Origin: Lama guanicoe
Taxonomy: Eukaryota
Direction: 5' to 3'
DNA length: 64,000 bases
Assembly: GCA_013239625.1 (NCBI GenBank)
Contig: MU055574.1
Location: 8,445,386 to 8,509,385, forward strand
The notes under the pieces were generated by a model. The model had not been told where the DNA came from. It searched no databases and saw only the letters and a program-made list of their open reading frames with translations. Of the stretch, positions 23,981 to 36,277 are shown in pieces. Both the position numbers and the translations under genes were made by a program. Each line of letters opens with the position of its first letter. Within the stretch, counting starts at the first letter, position 1.

Positions 23981-25639
23981 GTAAGACTCTCTCCCCACGT
24001 GCTAGCTCTTGGGCAAGCACAGAGAATTTGCCAGGGAATCAAAATGACCCATCCTGAGAAGTGTAAGGATCAAGACAGCCAGTTACTGTGACTCATCCTC
24101 CTGGGAGCTGGCTTCTTTGAGGGATGTTTGCCAGCTAGCGCCCCCTTTGGGTGTTGTAGAAAAAATTTTCTACAGTTAAAAGCTTCTTGGGATGAAGACT
24201 TGGATATATAAGCAGTGTTTGTATATTATTATGGTAAAACTCTCTTTCTCTAACAGTGGTTCTCAGCCTTAACCATCCCAAAAGAACTCTGAGCCTGGAG
24301 GGAAACTGGCGTGGGGCAGGGAGGCTGTCACAGGAGCGTCTGCTCTACAGGCCGTGTGTTTTGCTCTGTAGAGCGGGGTCTTTAGTCTGTTTAAAGCCAC
24401 AGCGTCAGCAATGTAAAGTAAATGAATAAAACAGCTCTTATCAATAGGTACAAATAAGTAAAATAACAACCTTACCAGGAAGTCACTAGATTTAGAACAG
24501 AACTGGAGCAGCAAACAGTTTGTGCATATCAAAGGTGACGGGGACATCACTTACAGTATACCATGAAAACTGTCGATTTCATAAACAGGGTTCAGATACC
24601 AAGAAAAGATTAAGTTGGTCTGGCTCCTTAACAGTATGAAGCATGTTTAGAAAGATATGCATGAAATCCAGTATGTAGTGGGGATAGGACCCTCTGACAG
24701 CAGCGTACCCCATGGACTACATGAGACAGTTACTGAAACTCTACTCTGTACCAGACACCGTGCCAGGTGCTGGTTGATCAAGGATGTGTAATTCAGAGGA
24801 GGAGGCCTTGGGAACAATGTCATTATGAAATACCAAATGGGTTTACCAGTCTAGAGTTGACGTTGGGGAGGACATTATGCACAAGATGTCCAGCCTGTCA
24901 CCTGAGGCGCCGACTATGTGGAACTAACGCATGGAGTGCCTGTGGGAGAGTGACCGATGGGACAGGCAAGGTGAGCATCAGAGCTAGAAGGGCTTTACCT
25001 CAGGCTCGCTCAGAGAGAAGGAAAAGAGGGATTAAGTGAATAGATGCTCCAGGATCGGATGCCAAGCCCAGAAGCAGGAACTGGGAATTCCCCAGGAACC
25101 CCCCTTCCCGGCTTTGCACCTTATCTCTTCTTTCTACTATGCTTCTGCTTTCTCTTTTCTCTGCAGACTGACTTTCTCAACTTCTCTGGCCAGTTGTCCA
25201 TCATTGGCCTTGTGTGTCATTCTGTAAGCAGTTTAGACTGGTTGGATAGTGCAGGCTGGGGTGACATGGAATTGGGTTTTTTTAAGAAAGATAATCCTTG
25301 CCATGAATGTGCAAGATGGATTGGCCAGAGACCAGTTAGAAATCACAATAAGGGGAAAAGAAAATGAGGGCACAGAAAGAGAGGACTAATGGGGTGCATG
25401 TGAGTGGGAGCATTTAAGAAATAATTGTTGGAACTGAGAAGCTGATTGGATACAGGGTAAAAGAGGATCAGGGTTGACAAGAAGGATTCTAGCTCCAGAG
25501 CCTGGCAGATGATAACACTACACATCTAGGCAGAGGAACACAGGAGGCAGGGATAGGTGTGTCAGTGGGGCAGGCAGGGCGGCTATGATAAATATAGTTC
25601 TGGAGATTCAGTCTTTACACCTGGAATAGCATGGGAAGC

Positions 25640-25820
25640 AGGGCAGTGTAGAAAGAGCCCAGGTTCTCCAAGTGGCAGTCAGGGTTTGACTTCAGCTTTA
25701 CACTGTATTATCTGTAGGTGAATTTGGACAAGTTACTGACATTCTTTGAGACTCACTTTAATCTGTGTCTTGCTGAGTTGTTGGGAGGATTACAGACAAC
25801 ACCAGTGCAGTGCCTCGCAC
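25640..25820 (+). mobile_element. MIR
   Basis: ttggacaagttactgacattctttgagactcactttaatctgt. Confidence 0.55.
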
Positions 25821-27126
25821 GTGGGTCCCTCCGCCTTTCCTCTTTCCACACGGGCCCTCCCTCCTCCCCCAGCTGATGATGGTCCTTTCCTGGGGGGGAT
25901 GGGGCCACCGTTTAGGGGGAATATGACTACTTTGGGCTTGACTTCAAGTTAGTTTCAGAAAAGCTGTCGAGTATAACCCTACCTATGCTTTCTAAAGCAG
26001 CGAAGGGTGCATTACATTTCTTCGAAGGCCTGTTCTAGCCAGTCGGCGAAGTTAGTCAGTATTAGTGGGGCCAAGGGGGAGCAGAGGGAAGCAGCGGACG
26101 GAAGTGCTTTTTATTCCTGAAGAAGGCCAGCTGGCCGTCCTGAGTGTAACCAGTGACTTGGCCCTGTTCCTCTCCTTGTTTTCCAGAGCTAAGTGGTGAT
26201 TGGGAACACAGAAGAAAAATTGCTTGCTTTCTGAGTAAACTCACTGTAGAGCATATCTGAACGGCTGTGCTGTTTCCCGATGCCAGCCTCACCACTCTGG
26301 GACCCTGCCTAGTAGTGGAGCTGATTCAGAAGTAGAACAAAAAGGGAGGTGTTGTTTCAGTTTTGAAGGGCTGTTAACAGCACAGCTGAAATGTGTTTCT
26401 ATTTTAAACATAATCAGCTTTAAAAATGTTATACCCTTAACCAACGGAGACCAATGTGGGCCTCTGAAAATAGCTTTCTTTGTTTGGCTGGGGATGAGCT
26501 GCCTGCTGCCGTCTGGTAGTTACCCTCACCCAAGCGCCCATCTCACTCCGAGTAACAGGTTATCATCATACTGTGGTTTCCACGGAAACATGGAGGGATC
26601 TGAAGCGAGGTAAAAAGGAGCTCCCAAGGAACCTTTTGGTCCTTACTCTGTATTAATATAACTGTTCTGCTACTGCTGCTCGGCAGGGAGGGGGTGGCGT
26701 GGGGATGTTGGAATCCCATGTTTAAAACATTCACTGCCTGCCAATGTCTGTTTTTCTTCTCTGTTCATGTATTTAAAAACAAAATCATCTTCAAGTGTAA
26801 TGAAAAACTAAAATGTTCCATAACTGTCCTTATTGACAGTAAGTGATTTCTTATGTCTCCATACAACTAATTTTACAGGATTAACATATCACCACTCCAC
26901 TGAGAGCTTGATTTTGGAATGAAAGCTCCAAGACCCAGACATGATTTTGAGCCCCAGCAGGGAGGACAGGAACCGGGTGACTAAGATGCAGGGTGTCCCC
27001 TTCCCCTGGGTGTAGCAGGTCCCAGTGAAGACTGCAACCTGCTGCTAGTTAACAGGAAACAGCCCTGCCTCCTGTGTGCTACCTGAGGGTACAGGACTGT
27101 TTCCTCTCCTGTCTCTCTCTCTCTAG

Positions 27127-27232
27127 GGTAGGGCTCAGATGAGTCCCAAAAAAGAACCGACAGTAACCAGTGCCGTGGGAGCGCTGCTCCAGAACAGGGC
27201 CCTGGAGGCCAGTGTGGTCCCAAGCAGGCCAG
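27127..27232 (+). CDS. ZC2HC1B: ZC2HC1B coding exon 6 (GRAQMSPKKEPTVTSAVGALLQNRALEASVVPSRP)
   Basis: (CT)-rich tract with ctAG|, 106 nt, CAG|GTGAGC donor. In phase with exons 5 and 7. Confidence 0.93.
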
Positions 27233-27563
27233 GTGAGCTGGAGTGAGCGTCCTGACTATCGAATGACGGGGTCAGAGGGGACAACTGTTGGCTGTGGGTT
27301 TTGCTGGCGGTCAGCAAAAGCTATGACATCCAAAGTTGCTTTGGGATATAAAGATATGTGGGTTTGTTTGAGGTTAAAGCTTATGTGCCAAGAAAGGATA
27401 TTTCCTAATTTACCAGGATTAGACAACTCTGACAATATACAAAGTCAAATCTGTTTGCAGCGGCAGGGTCCAGAATCATTGTTCTCTGGTCTGGTAAAAT
27501 TAAAAAGAGATTAGGAATGGGAGATGGCAGTGTGTCAGGTGTTGTGTTGAAAATAAGGGAAGA

Positions 27564-28051
27564 AAATGAAATCACTATTTCAGAGAGATATCTGTCCTCC
27601 CATGTTCATTACAGCGTTTTTCAACTAGCCAAGCTATAGAAACAGCCTATGTGTCCATTGATAGATGAATAGATAAAGATGTGGTATATATACACAGTGG
27701 ACTGTTATTCAGCAATAAAAAAGAGGGGAATCCTACCATCTGTGAAACCTGGATGGACACAAAAGGCATTGTGCTAAGTGAGATAAGTCAAACAGAAAGA
27801 CAGATGCTGTATATCTCACTTATATGTGGAACCTAAAAAAGTTAAACTCATGAAAACAGAGTGTAAATAGTGGTTGCCAGAGGCAGAGATAGGGGAAATG
27901 GGGAGATGTTTGTCAGAGGGTGCATACTTGCAGGTATAAGATGAATAATTAGTTCTGGGGACCTAACGTACATATAGCATGGTGACTGTAGTTAAAAATA
28001 CTGTGTTATATACTTGAACGTTGTCAAGAAAGTAAATCTTAAGTGTTCGCA

Positions 28052-28085
<34 letters not shown>

Positions 28086-28228
28086 TAACTATGGGAGATG
28101 ATGGATGTGTTAACTAACCTTATTGTGCTAATCATTTTGCAATATACACGTATATCAAATCATCACATTGTACACCTTACACTTATATGTTTTACCCAAT
28201 TATATCTCAGTAAGGCTGGGAAGAAAGG
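27564..28228 (+). mobile_element. L1MA9-like 3' end with internal (CA)n
   Basis: tgtggtatatatacacagtgg...atcaaatcatcacattgtacacctta...tcagtaaggctggg. TSD-like aa(t/a)aagggaaga at 27552-27563 and 28229-28240. Confidence 0.85.
28053..28082. repeat. (CA)15 microsatellite
   Basis: Read directly from the sequence. Confidence 0.95.
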
Positions 28229-28996
28229 AAAAAGGGAAGAATTTTCTTCCTAGAACTAAATAATTTCTTCAAAGTAGCAGAAAGGGAAACTGTCATTATA
28301 GTACTTACTATATGCTAGACTCGTTTTCACTGAATCTTCACAATAATCCTCCAGATGTTTTAGTGTATGGGAAGGGAAACCAAGGCCCAGAGAGGGTAAG
28401 TTATTTGTTTAGGGCACACAGCTGGTAAACAGCAGAGCTGGATTGGGTTTCTACTTGCCTTTCCCTCTTCATGAAGCTGCATTAATGACAATGTGGCCTT
28501 CTTCTCTATGAGCAGCATGCATTATGAAGGCCACCTGAGGTCACTCATGACCACCTTGGCACCTCTAATCAGGAGTCTTATTCTGAAGGTACTATCAGAA
28601 CCGGAGTAAGAAGTGCCAGGCTCACAGTCCATTAAGTAACAGCATTAGAAATCTTTATCATTAGTTTTTAAATTCCTTGTGAGTTGCTTTTCATGGACTG
28701 AACGTTGAATTGGTACCTTAAAATCTTCCCCACAGCCTTGTAAACCCAAGTCATCACTTTTTTCCTGATCTGTAAAAACTTAACAATGAGGTAGGTTCTA
28801 GTTTTCACTTAGAAGAAAAGTATTTCAGATTATGTATGTATTCGTTTGGTAGAACTTCTCCTAACAAACTTTTTTCTAAAATATAACAAATAATGCCCTT
28901 CAGAAAAGACGGTTTCTTTATATTATGGTTTCTTTTCTTATTTTTTTCAAAAAATACATTACAATGCTTCCCTGCCAGTGAAAAGCATTCCTTTGA

Positions 28997-29230
28997 TTTT
29001 GAGGTTAAAGCTTATTCGCCAAGAGGGAATATTTCTTCATTCATTCAGGCTTAGACGACTCTGACGGGGTGCAAAGTCAGGTCCTGGTGTAGCCGCAGCC
29101 CCGGGACTTCGTTCCTGGTCTGGTCAACTTGGAAGGAGACTGGGAGCAGGGGAAGACAGGCGTACTGTTGAAAATAAGGGAAGTTTCCCTCCTTGAACTA
29201 ATAATAATTTCTTTAAAGCAGCGGCAAGGC
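28997..29230 (+). repeat. Uninterrupted copy of an ~230-bp duplication; its partner (27367-27562 plus 28241-28285) is split by an L1
   Basis: Shared blocks in order: tttgaggttaaagcttat, gccaaga, ttagacRactctgac, caaagtca, ctggtctggt, tgttgaaaataagggaag, gaactaa, taatttcttYaaag. Confidence 0.85.
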
Positions 29231-29389
29231 ATAAGTGGAGGGGTCCTGAATTAGGACTCGGCAGTCCTGTGTCCCAGTATGTGACATTAAATGGGGTATT
29301 GTAAAGACACCATTGGGAAATAGATTAGTAGGACAGGAGAGCTGAGCAAGATGGTATTTGCTTTTGACTAGTTAATGGTGGTTTATAAC

Positions 29390-29900
29390 CACTGTGGTGT
29401 TGCTAAGTAAAAGGCAGAGTTCTAACATGGCCCACATTAGGTCCTGTACCACCACTGGCCTCACCTTCCCCTGCTCCCTCTCACTCCAGCTCCAGCGGCC
29501 TCTGTTGCTCCTACACACTCCTGCCTCAGGGCCTTTGCACTGGCTGCTCCTGCCACGGAAAACCAAAACGCTCCCTCTCTAATCTGCACTGCTGTTTCCG
29601 TCTCTCCCTCCAGTACTCTGCTGAGTGTTGTCTTCACAGTGAGGCCCCTGTGTTTAAAAGTAATCAAGCCCTCCACAATTCTCTTTGTAGTTTTTTTTAA
29701 AAACATAGCGTTTATCATCATCTAATATTCAATACGTATTTGTTTATCTCCTTCCTGTCCCACCCCCAAAAAAGGGAAATGTAAGTTTCCAGAAGGCAGG
29801 GATCTGTCTGCTTTGTCTATTTTTCTTATACAACCATATCCCTACCTGTTACACTTGTTCATGGCACATATGAGGTGCTCAGTAAATACATTCTGAATGA
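29390..29900 (+). mobile_element. L2 3' end
   Basis: cctgcctcagggcctttgcactggctgctcct...ggtgctcagtaaatacattctgaatgaa is the L2 terminus. Confidence 0.75.
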
Positions 29901-32660
29901 AATATATGAGAGAAAGTAGGTATCTTGATTCTATAATTTCTCAACTTATCGGCTTATGAGTCGAGTGGTCATACTAATTAGCTTTAAGGGATAGCTTTTG
30001 GTCTTATTTCAGGCTTAAGATGCTGTTGCAGTTTAATTTCTTGTTCTTTCCTGTGGCCTCACCTGTTCATATTTAAAAATAAAGTCACCAGCGTTAGTGT
30101 GCTTTTCAATTAGTCACATTTCACTCGGAGCCATTCTGGGGAGGAAGCAGGAGCGTATTGCGGGAGGTGAATTCTCACAACTCTTTAAGGCTTGGGGGAA
30201 AAGCACTGGGTACATTTCACTAACGTAAACAGGCCCATGTGTGAATCATATTTGTATCTACTGGCCATTAATCTATTTGTTAATAGGAGGGTCTTTTAAA
30301 AGTTGTATTGTTGTTGAAACGTTGCTGTTTCTAGATTGACAGTCAGTACTTTAGGCCATTTGGTGTCACTTGCCTTCCACATAAATCCTATCACTGTTTT
30401 TCATCTAGCTGGTGGTCAGCCCCTGGCTTTCATTCTTCAACTCTCTTGAGTAAAATAGGCATTTAGTGTCTCCCATTTATAACACTTGGTTCTAAATTCA
30501 CAATCAGGGGAAGTGAGTGTGAGGCACAATCCTTCTCCATCCCAGAGCCTTCTAAGAAGCTATGCTTGTTCAGGCAAGCCTCTGCTCTTAGAGAGCATGT
30601 GATGTTGCATGAAGTTGACACACAACTGCCATGGGTGTTCAAGAGGATTCATTCATTCAGCTCACAGTTACTATGCATGCTTGTTTCTTATGCCTGTGGA
30701 TTCTTCACCGTCAAGGGGGAGAAGCGGTCAATCATTATATATAACATTTAACGGTGGGATGTAAACGTCCTAAGAGAATACAAGAAAGAGACCAACTTTG
30801 CCCAGGGGGCTTTATGGACGAGTTGACGGTCTGAGAGAGGAAGCTTCACAGAGGTGGAAGCATTTGGGAAGAGCTTTCAGGATGAGCCAGATTTGGACCA
30901 GTGGAGAAAAGCTGCAGAAGGAATGAACAAAGATATGAAAACGAGAATGCAGAGGACATACTCTGGAAGCAAATGGCCCATTTGGCCAGAGCGTAGAGAA
31001 GAGTTGGGGTGTGAACAGAAGTTAAAGTTAGACTGGAAGGCTGGCACCAGAGCACGGAGGGCTGTACATGCTTGGTAAGAAGCCCAGGCAATGTGTGATT
31101 AATGCTGACACTGGTGTCACGGCTCCAGGCACGCCTGTCTGTGCAAGTTAGGCTATTACGATGGCCTAGGAAATTTTTGTTTCTAGACATGTTAAGTTGT
31201 CCTGCAAAATGTCTCTTGAGAAAGAGCGTTTAAAAAAAAAAAGCCATGTAAGAAATTAATGCTTATTGTAGAAGATACTGGAAAATGGAGAAAAAGTATA
31301 AAGAAGATAAAAATCACCCATAATTCCACACCCTGACATGTCTCCTGTTAACTGATAACTTTTCCTATCTTTTCCTCTTTGTACTCTTCTGTTTTGCTTT
31401 CCTTTTATCAAAGTTAGGATCATAGTCCTTGTGCACATCCTGTTTTTTTCACTAACAAATTTTAAATATTTCCTTATGCCAAAGAGTTTATCTATTTTGG
31501 GAAAACTGGGTCGAAAAATATAAACATTAAGGAGACTTTTATATTATATGTTATTTAACCTATATTATGTATTATTAAATATATATGAGATGTTATTTAG
31601 TAAACATACACACACACATATATATTAATAGTTTTAGAAAAAGGCATGGCTCTTCCTTCGTTCTCACAGAGAGTCTGTTGTTCAGATGGGAAATGAGTTT
31701 GGAGTCTAGTCATCAAACATCTACCTGGCTATTTTCTCAAGGGTTTTTGGTATCAGAGTGACTGACTTACAGGGAAGGTACCTTTAGACAGAGACTAAGA
31801 TCACTGTGAAATGGAGTTCTGGACTCTAGGGCTGTGTTGCTTCCTGTATTTAGTTAATTACGTTTCACAGCTTTGTTGGTGTGGGTTCTGCTTTTCTTTC
31901 TGGAGCCAGTGGATTCGACCAGGGTAAGCACCTACCCTGCCCTAGCATGCCCTCCTTACCTAACTTAACTGTGTAGCAAATGTATTGAGTATTAAAGGGT
32001 CAGTTGCTGATTCTTTGGAAGAAATAAAACTTGTAGATCTCTGGGTAATAGGAACACTGAAAGTTCTCTACATTCTCATGTCCTTTAGTGGTTGATTCAC
32101 GGTTTCCTTGGATTGTTTGGCTACTCCCCCTTTGTAAAAACACTGATTAGAAAGGAGGCCTCGAGGACAGAAGGGACTTACTCTTTCTCCTTTTTCTTTT
32201 TTAAACAAAAAATGGGTTCTCTGAGAATCCTCTTCCCTGCCATGTAGTCCAAAACAGACTCTGGTATGGTACGTCTGTATCCATAAACTCCTACACATCC
32301 ACACCCAACAGGGCTGCTGGACACAAAGGAGAAGTGTCCTGTTTAGGGAAGGAGGCCATCACTGTGTAAATAACCCCTGGGAGGGAAGGCATCTCATGCT
32401 TCTGTAAGGCTTAACAAACCCTTCTTAGCAGGATTGTGAGAGCATTAAATACTCAGGGTGCACTTTGAAGGCCAGGGCACTAGTGGGGAGACGTGTTGAG
32501 AGTCAGCCTATACAGATGGCAGGCTCCCTAGGCAGGGGTCCGAGGGGCCCATCCATGGGTAAGTGAAGGCCAAGGGGTGGAGGAGAGAAGCCTCCTGAGA
32601 CAGACTCTGTTTTCCTTATTATTTGGCCCAGGATAGGGACTGAGAACTTGTCTGTAGCTA

Positions 32661-32685
32661 CAAAACAAAACAAAACAAAACAAAA
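32661..32685. repeat. (CAAAA)5 microsatellite
   Basis: Read directly; about 110 nt upstream of the exon 7 acceptor. Confidence 0.95.
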
Positions 32686-32794
32686 CGGAAGAATCGAGAC
32701 TTTTGAATTCGGTGTGAGGATTTCATAATCATTCCTTTTTTCTGTTGCTCATGTTTGCTTTTACATAATAACAAATCTGTTTATGTCTGCAAAG

Positions 32795-32865
32795 GATTAG
32801 CAGTGGACCCTGCTTCTGGAGCAAAACTCAGACAAGGATTTACTAAATCTTCTAAAAAAGATTAA
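32795..32865 (+). CDS. ZC2HC1B: ZC2HC1B coding exon 7 (GLAVDPASGAKLRQGFTKSSKKD*), stop TAA 32863-32865
   Basis: Acceptor gcaaAG|, 71 coding nt. Summed CDS 28+62+120+139+140+106+71 = 666 nt = 221 aa plus stop. C-terminus matches the recalled ...AKLRQGF(S/T)KSSKKD. The exon continues to donor CAG|GTAAGG at 32879/32880. Confidence 0.93.
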
Positions 32866-33321
32866 CTCCTAGAGTCCAGGTAAGGAAAAAGAAATAAACC
32901 TCTAATCCAGGTGTTGCTGATCATCTAATGAGCATGTAAGAGAATGAATCCATAGCAGGCCAGTCGAAGAAGAATCGGGGCAAACCCTGATTTGGGCTAA
33001 TAAAATGCACGCTCTTGAAACTTAACCTTTTGTTAAACGTATGGTTTGAAATGATGTTCAGTTTTTGTCTCTTGGATTTAACAGGGAAGAGAAATGATTC
33101 TTCATTTTGACCTAGAAGGCTACTGCTCTGTCCCTTTTCCCAAACAAGGACAGTTCCCTGAGATTGACATTGAACAGGATTGCTATGAAACTGGAGACTT
33201 ATCTGATACTGTGAATTATTTGTTCAAACAATTAAAAATTTAAAGAGACCTATACTATTTAATGTTCTCAATGTGGAAACGATGAAGTTCTAAAGTAAAT
33301 GGCTTTTCTTTCTGCTTTCAG

Positions 33322-33470
33322 GCCAGCTCCCTGAAAGTCACCAGGCTGGATGGCTGTGTACCCAGGAATGCCACTTAAGGGCAAGAAACGGGAGGTGTCT
33401 GTTTACATGCCCATGATTCTTCTAGAGACATCATGTAGAACAAGTAAAAACTGGCTTCAAGTTTTCTTAT
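33322..33470 (+). other. ZC2HC1B: Probable non-coding terminal (3'-UTR) exon of ZC2HC1B
   Basis: Strong acceptor cttttctttctgctttcAG| at 33321 pairs with the donor at 32880. Variant poly(A) signal AGTAAA at 33443-33448 is followed by U-rich sequence. The 3' end is approximate. Confidence 0.55.
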
Positions 33471-35439
33471 CTACTGTATTCAGAATTCAGAAAAAATCCT
33501 TGAGCAACACATCAAACTGTAACAATAGTGCTTGATTTAAAGATTCATTTGAAGCTTTCTAAAAAGTGGACATTTAATGGGCTTTTTAAGAAAACGTTCT
33601 TGTGATATTAGAACCATTAGTGAAACAGTCTTTGGAATACTAGAATTCTTACTTGCTAGGAAAATCATTTTTTACTTAGCTTTATTCTACATAAGAGCTG
33701 TGAAATCTCAGCTTTGATATTTGCTTCTAATAAGCATTAGACTGTAGTTGGTAACTCCTCCTATTTTAAATGGCCATCTGTGTACCGTGGAGAATTGTCT
33801 CACATACACCAGTGCAGAGTTGGCTTTGGGGGAGACATTGCAGTGGAGAGGGAACAGGTTATCGTAACCTTCCCACCCTGTGGAAAGGATGCTTTTAGAG
33901 GCCTCAGGCCATTTATTTATCATGGCTAAATCAGCAGTCCACTAATGGTTCATTTCACCACTGGCTTATGTACCTCTGTTGGGATGTGGTGTCTCAACCA
34001 TTTTTTTTCTATTGGTTATCTTATAAACTCTTTTTGTAGAGTCATTAAGACAGCTTTTTAATCTAATAATTTCTTTTTTTTGTATTAAACTCAAGGAATT
34101 TTATTTAGGAGTAAGTCTTTTTTTTTTTTTTTCCTGTCTAAATTTAAGTACCTACTACGTGAAGTACAGCAAACATGGTATCTGAAAGTCTTATGATCTG
34201 TGTTTGGGGGACCAAATGCTATGTTTTATGCTCAGATAAATCAGGTATGTGCTCTGGAACTGACTGAAGACTCCTAAGCCATGTAAGAGTATTTGTGAAA
34301 GTATTTCTATAAATGGAATTTGGGAGGCTTTAGCTGAGGTGGGCCACTGCTCTGCCGCTCTCCTCATGCCCTGGGAGGTTGCCTTCCCTTGGAGAGGTAA
34401 GAGCGGATATGGGGACTGTCTCAGACATCCCAGCACAGTGGATTCCTGCTGACAAGGCAACTTATGTCCCTCTGTCTCATTTCTCCACGCCCCCTCAAGT
34501 GGAACTGTTAGTTTAAGGATCCACCATGTCAGTTCCATACCTGCGACAACCCAGCCCCGCCCCGGGTGGCTTGTCTGCAGTGCCCTCCACCCTTTATGGT
34601 CATCAGCATCTCTGTTAAGGGCTTTCAACCACAGTTTCTTGTATTTGGCTAACATGCTGCTTTAATGGGCAAACAAACTCAAGGCTTCTCTTTCTCTAGC
34701 CACTCTAGAGGTTAAAAAAAAAAGCAAAAACAAACAGTATTATGGGGCATATTTTCTGAAGAAATCCCAATACTAATTTCTATTTGAACTAGAAATTAAT
34801 GGTAAACACCACTGTGAAACTGAATCATGGTAGCCTATGTAGACTAGACTCCAGTAGCTAGTATTCTGACCTGTACATCCAAAATAAATGGTGTGTCACT
34901 CTGGAAAGATTCATAATTTAGAAGTAAGTTCTTAGCACCATGAATTTAATGGAAGCATGTAAGCGTCTACCTTAAATCATTATGATTTTACTCAGAAAAA
35001 AGGTAAGTTTCTAAGAGATACTGAATAAAGGTCAGAATAGCAGTTTCTGTAGGGGATGTAATGACCAGGAGGGGGCAGGAGGACGCCAGCCAAGGAGGTG
35101 GAAATGTTTTACATCTCAGTGTGGACAGTTCCACGGCGTGGCTGTACATAAAAACCAGTCAAGCCATATGCAGAATTTGTAGAGTTTATTATATGTAAGA
35201 TATATCTTCATATAGAAAGCCTCTAAACACAAAAGACAAAGGAGCTTTAAAAAAAGGTTAGGTTTTATATTTTAAAAACTCATTAGATACCAAATTCAAG
35301 AGAGAGATAATAGTTACATTGTAAAATGTTATCTTTTTTGAATAAAACTAATATTGACTTAAATGATGAATTTTAAAATGCAATTACTTATTGGTGATTA
35401 AAAATACTTAAGCAGAGTAGTATTTTAAGCCAGACAGAG

Positions 35440-36277
35440 CAAAGGAAATTCTTGTTTAATATATATATATATTTTTAATTCCAGTAATATTCTTAAATTC
35501 CTGTTAAAAATATAATCAATATTAAAGTCAGTAAAATGCTTGTTTTGACTGACGCCTGGATTATTTTACCACTTAACCTGGTTACACAGTGATTTTTTTT
35601 TTCTGTCAGACGTAACTGACAATCAGTTTAGTCTTTAAGATAAATGAAGTAAATGATAACTCACATTGTAGCATCCTGTGGAAAATATTCAAACTACATT
35701 TAAAATGCTTTTTTAAAATGGAGACGTCTATTATTCCACAAGAAATTGTTTCTGTAAAACTATAGGTTGGCTATGGCAATAGTAACTAAACTACATCCAA
35801 CCCTGAAGGTAGAAAAATCCCTGAAAAGAAATACACAGCCTAGTTATAATATGCAATATAAAGGTTATTTTCTTATTTTAAAAATTCTCCCATTTTGGAG
35901 AAATCCGAACCTTTCCATAGTTCCCTTACTAGGCAGTGCCACATAAACTTATTTAGTTAACATTATTATGATCATGGCTTACGATTAAATTCAATTTGAC
36001 AAACACCTATATATAGCAGCCCTCGTATGGATGTCGGTTATGACAATTGCAGTTCCATTAAAGAATACTTGCTTATTAAATTTGGTACAAAGCATGAACA
36101 CTCAGGACAGATTGGCACAATACATGCAGTTCGAGAACTCTCTTCGCTCAAGCCAGTTATCACTGAATAAGCCATAGTCCAGTCCTGTTTTCCAAATCTT
36201 TCCTTGTATCATAACTGATATTTAAAATGCTTCTTAAAACATCTTCCAGAATGAGAAAGGTAGGCTTTCAAAACCAG
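35440..36277 (-). other. PLAGL1: PLAGL1 3' UTR with candidate poly(A) signal ATTAAA (35460-35455)
   Basis: AT-rich, repeat-free sequence after the stop codon. ATTAAA is followed on the minus strand by U/GU-rich sequence. The true 3' end is uncertain. Confidence 0.55.

Noticed and set aside
34191-34655. 154-aa minus-strand ATG ORF between the two genes' 3' ends
   Set aside because: No recognisable homology, promoter or coding bias; one ORF of this size is plausible by chance in 64 kb.
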